From: the human T2T-CHM13v2.0 reference genome, Homo sapiens
Direction: 5' to 3' (one strand)
DNA length: 64,000 bases
Assembly (NCBI RefSeq): GCF_009914755.1
Contig: NC_060927.1
Part shown: one piece after another, positions 32,184 to 42,949 of the stretch
Numbering within the stretch: the first letter of the stretch is position 1
Layout: every line of letters begins with the position of its first letter
Translations under genes and position numbers: made by a program
Notes under the pieces: model-generated
Database searches by the model: none
Told to the model about the DNA's origin: nothing
What the model saw: only the letters and a program-made list of their open reading frames with translations

Positions 32184-32448
32184 GGCTGGGCATAGTGACT
32201 CACACCTATAATCCCCGTACTGTGGGAGGCCGAGGTGGGCAGATCAGGTCAGGAGTTTGAGACCAGCCTGGCCAACATGGTGAAACCCTATCTCTACTAA
32301 AAATACAAGGCGTGATGGTATACACCTGTAATCCCAGCAACTCAGGAGGCTGAGGCAGGAGAATTGCCTGAACCCAGGAGGCAGAGGTTGCAGTGAGCCA
32401 ACAGCCTGGGTGGCAGAGTGAGACTCCATCTTAAAAAAAAAAAAAAAA
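32184..32448 (+). mobile_element. AluS SINE with small internal deletions
   Basis: Alu arms and A tail; lacks short segments after the mid A-rich linker and in the right arm. Confidence 0.9.
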
Positions 32449-32606
32449 CTCGAAATACAACTTTGTATATAGGTTGCATAGGGTGGAATAATAATGATAG
32501 TTATCATGATCTAATAACTTTTAGAGGCACCTTCTTCAGTGAGCTCCAATAGTTTCTTGCAAGCAATGATATAAGAACTAAAGTAAAAACAAACTGTGTC
32601 TATATC

Positions 32607-32987
32607 TGTATTAATTTGTTATGGCTGCTATAACAAAGAACCACAGACTAGGTGGCTTAAACAACAGAAAATTATTTCCTCACAATTCTGGAGGCTAGAA
32701 GTCCAAGATCAAGGTACTTGCAGCATTGGTTTTCTCTGAGGCTTTTGTCCTTGGCTTATAGACAGTCGTCTTCTCCTGTGCCTTCCCATCGTCTTCACAT
32801 ATCTGTGTCCTAATCTCCTCCTTCTATATGGACACCAGTCACATTGGGTTAGGGCCCACCCATATGACCTCACTTTACCTCAGTTACCTCTTTAATGTCC
32901 TATCTTAAAATACAATCACATTCTGAGGTACTGGGGGTTAGGGCTTCAACACATGAATTTGGAGGGAGCACAAGCCAGTTGAAAACA
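32607..32987 (-). mobile_element. MLT1B-like MaLR solo LTR
   Basis: TG...CA termini, 381 bp, 5-bp TSD ATATC (32602-32606 and 32988-32992); ggtggcttaaacaacagaaattattt...ctggaggctagaagtccaagatcaagg. Confidence 0.9.
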
Positions 32988-35599
32988 ATATCTATATCTA
33001 TATTTACACCCACATCTATATCTATGTTTGTGGGTCTTACTGAAACCTGAAATGATAGCAGTGAAGACTCTTCCCAATCTTATGATGTGACAATGAAAAG
33101 ATACATATTCCAAGTCTAATTGACATGTGGCCTCTTAGCACAAACTTATTAGGAATGAGCGTTTTCTCAGCCAAGTGTTATCTAATTTCTGGGCTCCTGA
33201 GACCGACTGCTCCATTAACACTGGGAAGGGGAGCACGGCTGGGGGAAGCCACCAATCTGCTGGCTGGCAGTCAGAATGCCCATGTGGTATCAGATCTGAA
33301 AAGGTGCACTGTGGGCAGCCAGAAAGAGACTAGCACTGTGAGCATCCTCTGGCCTCAGGTCTTTGATTTTCTTTGAGGCATGTCCTAAAGGCTGGGACAC
33401 TCATCTACACACAAGAGGTGCAGACATGAATGTGGGGCAATTATCCACTCCTTTCAAGTGAGCTGGCTGTGCTTAAACTAGAACGTGCAGGATTTTCTTT
33501 CTTTCTTTTTTTAAGGAATCAAGTTTATCCAAGAATATGGCATCTTCCCATCCACCTACCTTCCTTCCTTTCTTCCTCCCTCTTCCTTTCTTTGTTTTCT
33601 TATCTCCTTCTCTCAATTATTTATAGAGTGAGGGCCTGCTATGCACAAGGCACTCTGTGTGGTCCTATGGGGGATAAAAAGGTGACTAAGAGGCACTCTG
33701 CCTTGCATGTTTCATTCTAATAACCTACTCCCTGTTCTGCTGTTGGTTGTGCTTTCAGAAATTGCTCTGCTAGTTCTTGGCAAGGCTGAAAGCCACTTCA
33801 GCTAACAGCATCCAGACCTTCCCTACCTTCAAGATCTTCTGTCCTCCCTGTGGAACTGACAGCACTCCACCTCATCTCTGAGCCCCCCACACATCTCCTC
33901 AAGCTCAGCCAGTGTCCAAACTGAAGTTCCTGGCTCCTGACCCCTCTAGACGGATGATTATCCATTCACTCTGTCTCGCCTCCCAGACTGCTTTATTTTT
34001 TTCCTTTTCTGAGCTGTTCCTTCTGATTCCTCCCACTTCTTCCTCTTCTCATTTTGACTCCTTTCCCAATTCACATTGATCATCTCTGATGAGCCGGCTG
34101 AGTGTGAAAAAATAAAGGTTCTAATGATCTGGCTTCCTCTCTGCCCACTGTTGTTTATCCAGGGAGTAAAGACATGCTTCAAGTACTCCTCCCTCAGAGC
34201 TGAGAGTACAAGAAGGGGTCCCAGACTTATTTGTTCCTTTCCCCAACCCTCACTGATTCTAAAATTACTTCTCAATCACTGAACATTAGTCAATATGTTT
34301 ATTTTTTAAAGTAAAGTGTGGGAAGGTTGTGGAGAGTGAATGATGAGATTCTATAATCTGATTTAAATCTTATCTGCAGGTTATAAAATGTTAAAATTCA
34401 TGTTTGGAATAGAATGCAACACAGGCACATATTCTCCTTGAAAATTTTATTCCTGCAGTTTAATTTAGTTGGGAAGAAATGGTCAGACCAGCTATTTTTT
34501 TAATCACGTAGATAGATTGTGTGTCCTGTCCAAACCTGGCAACCCCTGGGATCACTGCCTTCTTCCTCTCCTGCTAATCAAATTCAACCCATTTTTCATG
34601 TACCAGGCAAAGTCCCACTCTTCTAGGAGGGTCGCCTGGGCACCCATGAGCTTCTTGAGGGCCCAGCCTCTGTTTCAGCCATCTTTGTGGCCCAGCAACA
34701 AGCAAAGTCAGGGACTTGGTAGAAGTGTGGGGAATGAATCAAAATGAACAACTTTCTCCAGTGTACTTTCTCTAGTGTACTTAGTGTCTGTGCCATCCAT
34801 TCAGATATGTCATAATATGCCTTCCAACATTGTTAGTCAGACCCTTTAAGGCTGAATATTTTGTCCTTCCCTCCCAGATGGCCTGCTCCTTGAGGAGGGG
34901 GACAGTGCTTCCTTTTTTCTCCATATTGATCTTCATTGACTAATACAGTGATGGTATTCAGAAATATTGTTGCGTTAAATACTGGTTCTTTTTGCTTGAC
35001 AGCAGTATCTGTTGGGAACTACATTTAGAAAGCTGATTTTGCAGAAGCCATAATTTTATTGTAAGTAAATCTGTGAGAGGGGTTTGGTTTCCATACATTT
35101 CAAATGGAAAGTAAATTACCAGCCAACTGATGCTTAGTTTGGTTCAGTCACATTTATTGAGCAATTGCTTTGCACCTGACATCAAACCAGAAAATATTCC
35201 TGCCTCATGTGGGTTCAGAGTCCCCAGGGATGTCCTACTGCCCACCTGACCTGGAGACAGGATATAGTGCTTGTCCTCACAGGTGGCCACAGATGATCAG
35301 TGGGCAGTGTATGTGGTTTCAGCCACATGCCTGGACCTTACTGGGTGGTACTATGGACCTGCTGCACACCTAGTGCATCCCCCTCCTGAGTGGTGCTGGA
35401 TTGCTGCCCCTCCCCCATCCCAGTCCCTCCTCTGGTAGCCAGAATAAATTTTGCAGTAAGTTAGCAGAGTTGATTCCAAAAAGTCTGCACTGTGGCATCT
35501 CAGGAAACCAAACTTATCTGCTTAAGAAATAACTTGCAGAGAGAAAAGGAACTCTGACAAGGCTAATAACAGGGATTTCAAGCTGTGTTTCAGCAAGCC

Positions 35600-36780
35600 A
35601 GTCACAGAGTATTCACGTGTTAATTCACTGGCGTGTTCCGCGGCATAAGCACCCCCTCTCTGCCTTCCCCCAGTTCCAACTGTTGTGCTGCAGCAGATTT
35701 GGTCTGAGTCTGGGCAGAGCCCCTTTTTATGGAGCAACCCTCCCGATTTGTTACAGCAAGAGCCTGGTGCAAGTGATCTTTGCCTTCCCATCGCACACAA
35801 AGGCAAAGAGCTCCTTAAAGGGACCTGCCTGCTCCTCCGTGCAGCTGCAAACCCGTGTCGGTGCAGGCTCAGCAACCCAGGCTTTCGCTCGAGAATGAGT
35901 GGGGAGGGGTCTTGAGGAGCCCCCACGTCCTCCCGGAGCGGAGGCGGGAGGGAGCTGACAGCCGGAGTGGATGGAGACCACCAGTCCGAGGGGACCCGCT
36001 TGCGATTAGCTGCTTCTTGGGATGCTCCGCGCGCCAGTTGAGCATCCTGCCTGTGGTCCAGGGGATGCTGGCGGCGCATCTTGCGGTAAGCCTGCGCTGA
36101 TTTGAGCCATCGCCCAGAAGCGAGCCCGCATTCAGACACCGCGGACCGGCTCCGCGAAGGGCTGCGTGCAGTCACCATGAATGCTCAGCTCTAGGCTTCT
36201 GTAAAAACCTCCCCCACTGCATGGATTTGGCTGTTTAATCAGCCGAGATTACAGCCCGGGAAGATTTGCAAACCTGATTCTCCCTCCAGCTGCTGTGACA
36301 ACTTCGGGGCCGTCTGTTTACTTCTCTGGGTCCCCGGGGACTCTTTCCTGCATCGCAGCCCCTTGTGCCACTTTGTGGGCTTGGCTCGAAAGTCAGCCGC
36401 CAGGACTCCTCTGACGGCATCCCCAGGAAGGGGGAGCAAGGAGGGCTTAAAAGAAAAGCAGAAATCCCCGCAACTGCTCAACCTCTCGTGACTGCCTGTG
36501 TTCTGGGGTTCTGAGAGGGACCGTGCGCTGCCTGGGGAAGCAATGCAAGTCTCCATAGCCTGCACAGAGCACAATTTGAAGAGTCGGAATGGTGAGGACC
36601 GACTTCTGAGCAAGCAGAGCTCCACCGCCCCCAATGTGGTGAACGCAGCCCGGGCCAAATTCCGCACGGTCGCTATCATCGCGCGCAGCCTGGGGACGTT
36701 CACGCCTCAGCATCACATTTCTCTCAAAGAGTCCACCGCAAAGCAGACTGGCATGAAATATAGGTATGCACGTAAGATTC
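35600..36780 (+). promoter_or_regulatory. KCNAB1: CpG-rich island: promoter and 5' leader of the KCNAB1 Kvbeta1.1 first exon
   Basis: Repeat-free, GC-rich, many retained CpGs (ccgcgg, gcgcgc) against a CpG-poor background; E-box CACGTG 35614-35619; GC-box-like gaggcgggag ~35941; exact TSS not determinable from sequence. Confidence 0.75.
36543..36763 (+). CDS. KCNAB1: KCNAB1 (Kv channel beta-1 subunit) isoform Kvbeta1.1 first coding exon, N-type inactivation domain
   Basis: Translates MQVSIACTEHNLKSRNGEDRLLSKQSS...TAKQTGMKY(R), recognised as the Kvbeta1.1 N-terminus including redox-sensitive Cys7; 221 nt = 73 codons + 2; donor AG|GTATGC at 36763/36764. Confidence 0.96.
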
Positions 36781-37178
36781 CCTCTGTGCGGGGTATCCAG
36801 GTTCTATACAGGTGCAGTGGAGACAGTCCATCGGTTTTGAAAAGTGATTTACTCATCAGTGGGTTGCTCACTTTAGAATTCTCAGGTGGTTCTAAAATAG
36901 CTCTTTAGGGGGATGAATAAACCCAGGGTGGTTGTGTGTGTAAAGATTTTTAAAAATGTGGCCCATTTTGTATAATTCTAAAGTCCTATGAACATTTTAG
37001 AAACTATGTACATTCCAGTCCCCAGAAAAAAACACAACTGCTGGAACTGGTATTTAGATCAGGATAGTTTTTCAGTAGCAAATGTGTTTGTTCTATTTTA
37101 TGATAAAGACAGTAGTTTCTGGGATTATACTATCAGAAATAGTTTCTCATCTAGTACTGCTCTCTTATTTATCTTTTG

Positions 37179-37502
<324 letters not shown>

Positions 37503-40351
37503 TAACAAATGCTATACAAAGCTTTTTAAAGAAGCTTTGTTGCAGGAAAAACCACCTATATTGGTAAATTAGATTGAATAGCCATATTTAAGCCTAAATT
37601 ACTGCTTGAAATTAAATGTAGACCTTGTGAAATATGGAGAAAATGTAAATTGTTGCAATTCTACTGGTTTCCTCATAAATTTTAAAGCTTCCTCATCCCC
37701 TATGTTGTTTTCCATAGTTGGAATCATCCTGGTAATAGTGGCTGCTCTAATAGGGCATGACTTACATTTGACAAGTAGAAAATTTCATTATTCAATTATG
37801 TGACTCCTGCCTCCTCATTACATTTGCTTTGTACCAAGTCCCTCTGACTTTATTTCTTTAAAACTACTGTGCTTCTAGTTTCTAAAAGTGTTTGTGAATG
37901 TAGAGGAGAGAAGCTACCAACACATCTTCCAAAAAACTTTGGTTACTTCAGTTTGCAGATATGATTTTGTTAATTGTCCATATCTAACTATCTCTTGTCT
38001 TTGTTAGGAACCAGGTTTTAGTTTAGGATGAAGTTAATGAAAATAATGCATAGGCAACATGTGTTTCTCATGTGAGGTTGCTGAAATAAGCATTTAAACC
38101 TGTTTTTATAAAAGTTGCCCTTGAAAAAATTTCTTTGCAGAGTTACAGGAAAGTTTCTCATTGCACAAACATCAAGCACTGTTATTTTGATATATGTTTG
38201 AGCCATTAAGAAAAAAAGTCCTTGGGTGGGAAAAAGCAAAACAACCATAACTAAAGCTCTTTACCCCAGCTGCAGTACAAATGTAAGCAGCCTGACTTAG
38301 GTCAACTCATTGAAGCATCAGCTGTGTGAGTGCCTTTGCTTTTCCTGATATCCCTGTGATGGAGAGAGTGGGGCACCACAATGACAGTTCTCTAAATGAG
38401 ACTGTAGTCTTGAGTCCACTGATGTTTTCTATGGCTGCTGCTGTGGCACACACGCAGCCCCTGCCTTGTGGACACAGTGCTGCTCTGCATGCACTTCAGC
38501 TACTGAGATGGAGATGAGCAGCTGCTTTCCTGGGCAAGGTCCCCAGGAACAGGACCCTCCAGGGTTAAGGCAGATCACAGAAGGTGGTTTAAATTGTGGC
38601 CTCTAGTACTTTCGCAGCACTATGAACTTTCTTTTTGTAAATCAGAAGAAATCAAAAGTAAGACCACTAATTTCTTGAGGCAGAGTTTCATAGTTGCTTG
38701 ATGATTGTGTTGGAAGAGTTTGCTCTTATGAAGGCCTTTGGAAGTCAGGAGATTTCCATTAAGGTTTTTCTGGTGGCACAGCTCAACTCATGTTGAGTGA
38801 TAACTCTGCTTCCCAAAAGCTCAGAGTGTGAGCAAGGTTCGCTTGGGCACCTTTCATTACTGACAACTAAAGATAGTTCTCTAACAAAAAGTTAGCCACT
38901 GGGATCTTCGGTATATGTTGTTTCTTAAGGTAACTAAACAAGATGCCTCTTTTTCACTTGTGCTCATGTTCCAAGCCACTCTATCTGTAACAGTCAGGAG
39001 ATTTGCCTGTGTGTGTGTGAATGTGACTTACTCTTCTGTTTCAGATTCTACTCTGAGTGACCTTTATGAAGGAGATTATGAGATTATGCCAAATGTACAC
39101 CAAGCTTTCTTAGGGTTAAAAGGGGGAGGGAGACTAATTATATACTTTATAAAAAATGATAGAAGTAACTTTTATTAGCTAAATTATCCTTTTTTACATT
39201 GTTTTAACTAAAGTATAATGTGTATATATGGACTATTTGTTAATGATAACAAATAGCAGAATATACAAAAATAATGCCATAGAATAGGGAAGATAATTGG
39301 CTTAGGTAAGCAATCTGGAGAATGCCTGAAATAACTAAAATCGAAAGTTAGTAGTAGCTAATTGTGGTCACAATTTCATCCTTGAAAATGGTTTTCATAG
39401 GCAGAGCTTTAAAGGGGATCCCTAAATCCAACAGAAGATTTTTTAAAAAGTCTTTTTGTTCATTTTTCTGAGGAAAGGGTTTATAGCTTTCACCAGAATT
39501 TGAAAATGGTCTACAACTCAAAAACTGTCAAACAGCAATGTTGCCTAGTGAAGAGGTACTCATTTAGTCAGCATAGTCAATAAATATTTGCTGAGCACCT
39601 ATTCTATATCAGGAACCTCACTCAACTGGTACACAAAGGTGCAGAAGCCAGGTGAAGTCTGGGGCTAAAGTACAAGTTGAAGAAACAGACCATAAATAAC
39701 AAAACAAACAAACAAGCAAACAAACAAATAACATAATTGTCTAATAGAAGATATTCCTATGAAGTTATTTTTTTTTGGAGGGGTGATAGTCATGCTTGGG
39801 CCAACTTAGTTGATCCATTTTGAAGTTACCAACTCTGCTTCAGTTCCAGAATTAATGATTGCATCTTGGGGCATGAGTAATTGTGCGTATGTCTGCCACC
39901 CATTTTGCTATCCAGAGACTTCTTTAAGGTATATGGTGCTACCTGGCAGCTGAGGACCTACTTGTAACCCTGATAAATAGGTATAATGCCTTCTACTTAT
40001 ATAATGCCTTATGATTTTTAAAGCCAACTAATATAACAGCCTATGTTTACCACCCATTAATCAATAACTCACAAAACTGAGATTTTAGAAAGAATTAATG
40101 TATACTTGTGCAAAACCTCTGAATTCTGCAAAATAAAATGCTTAAAGGCACTATTATATTCACACCATCATTGTATAAGAATATTGCATAAAACTGGTTA
40201 TTGTTTGAAGGCAGAAGATAAAAAAAATCTACTAGAACATTCTGGCATTCCAAAGCTACTGTCAGCCCAAGAGAACAAGATTCCACCTAATGTTTATACT
40301 GAGGACTATCCTGTATGTAAATAACACAGGATTATTCCTTTCCTTAGAGGG

Positions 40352-40640
40352 CTTTTTTTTCCAATACAGATTATTTGTATATATTTATGGGGTACATGTG
40401 ATATTATATATTACATGCATAGAATGTGTAATGATCAAGTCAGGGTATTTAGGGTACACATTACCATCAGTATTTATCATTTCTATGTATTGGGAATATT
40501 TCAAGTCCTCTCTTCTAGCTATTTTGAAATATACAATACGTTATTGTTAATTATAGTCAGTCTACTCTGCTATCAAACATTAGAACTTATTTCTTCTATA
40601 TCACTATGTGTTTGTACCCATTAACCAAACTCTTCATCAT
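40352..40640 (-). mobile_element. L1MA 3' end fragment
   Basis: tttgtatatatttatggggtacatgtgatatt...gtaatgatcaagtcagggtatttaggg...ctgctatcaaacattagaacttatt. Confidence 0.85.
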
Positions 40641-41062
40641 TTCACTCTCAGAGTTTCATAGTTGTGCTTTGTTAGTGCATGAAAGTTCCTTTGTTCTATT
40701 TTTATGTCTATTTTTAATCTCAGATTTCATTACACTGTGTTAGTTTGGTGTACACTCTACAACCATACATGATAGATTTACACATGATAGATGTAGGTAT
40801 ATACATGAATCTTTCATCCTAAGAAGAGCAAATCATTCAGGACAGAAGTTAAGGCACATTGGGTTGTTTTTGTTTGGTTGGTTTGGGTTTTGTTTTTTTA
40901 AATAACTTTTTGGAATGATCCAGCTACCAGTGTTTGACATGGTCTCAGAGCTTCTGTCATTCAGAATTGAGCACGTTTGTACTGATAAACTCCCTCCTCC
41001 TCATTCTGAAATTGTTATTTTAGTTTTAGAACATTGGCATATGATGGGCCCCATTTCATTGA

Positions 41063-41409
<347 letters not shown>

Positions 41410-41429
41410 AACTTTTTCCCCATTTTTAA

Positions 41430-41885
41430 AGTTAACTACCATTAAAATTGTTTTTGAAATAATTATAAATTTACAGAAGTTTGCAAAGAAAAGAAGTACA
41501 GGGAATTTCCATATGCCCTTAATTTCTCCAGTGGTTAAGCATGCCTGCTTAACTATATAGCATGATAGCAAAACCAGGAAATTGATGATCCATATGGTTT
41601 GGTACAATCCATAGGATTTATTCCGATTTTACCAGTTATACATGTATTCATTTTTGTCTGCATGTTGTATGCCTATGTATATTTATCACATGTATAGATT
41701 TGTGTAACCACCACCACAATGAAGAATCAAAATTGTTCCATCATCACAGGGCTCCCTCATGTTACCCATTTCTGTCCACATCCACTCCCCCTTCTCCAAT
41801 TTCTAATCTTGGGTAACCATTAATCTTCAAGTCATCTCTGAAATTTTATTGTTTCAAGAATATAAATGGCATAACACAGTATGTA
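41430..41885 (-). mobile_element. old L1M (MC/MD-like) 3' fragment
   Basis: ttgaaataattataaatttacagaagtttgcaaag...aaaaccaggaaattgat...tgtgtaaccaccaccaca. Confidence 0.65.
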
Positions 41886-42392
41886 TTGAGGTTGGCTTTT
41901 TTTTTTTTTTTTTTTTTTTTTTACTCAGAGGGTTTGTACAGGGAAGTGGTGAGAAAGAATCTTGTAGTGGTGAAAAGAGATTGGAATATGGCTCCATGGA
42001 GGGTAAGATATTTAGACACGAGGGAACATCAGCAATGGAGGGACCAGTAAGGATTTTTAAGCAAGATGTCTGCTTACAAAGTTCTGTTAAGAAAGGATTA
42101 ATCTGGCAGTTGTTCCAGAAAAAAAAAAATTAAGAGTTGTAGCTATGGAATAAGAAAATTTATGTTAAATTCCATGGCACTCTCTACTTTCCTATAGAGA
42201 GTCAGGACTATATGCAAAAGACTCAGACCAGATACCAGATGCCTTTCCCATGCCATTCCTTTCAGAGCCTTTTTATTAAAGCACATGTCACAGTCACCAT
42301 TCTTTACCTCCCACGAATGGTGGGTAGTTTTTGAATTAAAACAATTCAACTGAAAGATCAATCTTGTCAGCCAATTATGTAAAAGGCACTTA

Positions 42393-42445
42393 GCGCGTGT
42401 GTGTGTGTGTGCGCGTGTGCTCGTGTGCGTGTGTGTGTGCATGCA
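42393..42445. repeat. (GT)n/(GC)n alternating purine-pyrimidine microsatellite
   Basis: gcgcgtgtgtgtgtgtgtgcgcgtgtgctcgtgtgcgtgtgtgtgtgcatgca. Confidence 0.9.
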
Positions 42446-42909
42446 AGTCTCCGTATGGGGAAAAGTGGGAGGAAATAGGTGGGCTGAAGAGGAGGAAAAG
42501 GAGAGCTAGCTCTGTGGCTGTGTTTCAAACAGAAATATTTGATTTTAGTCCAGAAAAAAAGAGCAGTTTGGTTATTTGAAATGCCAAGTTTCTTGGTTTA
42601 TTTTTGGGTTTTGTTATTGTTTTTTGGTAAAGAATACCGTTGTCATTTCCACTGACACCCATGGGTATGGGCTTTCCTCTCTGCCTCAAAGTAAAATGGT
42701 GAGAATGGGGAGGTGGAAGAGCCTTCCTAAAAATTAACTGCTGATTCAATCTCATAGAGTTTATTCCACCTCTGCAAGGCAGCAGTCAGAAGTCTGGCAT
42801 CCATGGGATGGTGAGAAAATGGTAGGAGGGGAGGGAGCCTCCTGGAAGTTATTACGCAAACATTGTTCCAGTTCTATGGTTCTGGAAGTGTGTGTGGGGG
42901 CTGTGGGGC

Positions 42910-42949
42910 TGTGTATGTGTGTGTGTGCATGCATGCATGTGCGCACGTG
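42910..42949. repeat. alternating purine-pyrimidine tract with (TGCA)n
   Basis: tgtgtatgtgtgtgtgtgcatgcatgcatgtgcgcacgtg. Confidence 0.85.

Noticed and set aside
35522-36178. 218-aa minus-strand ORF in the CpG island
   Set aside because: Arg/Ser/Pro/Ala-rich with no recognisable domain; expected from stop-codon scarcity in GC-rich DNA
36498-36542. N-terminal extension of Kvbeta1.1 from a GTG start in the ORF track
   Set aside because: The recognised protein begins at ATG 36543; nothing supports near-cognate initiation
36239-36703. 154-aa ORF antisense to the KCNAB1 exon
   Set aside because: Shadow frame of a GC-rich coding exon; no independent evidence
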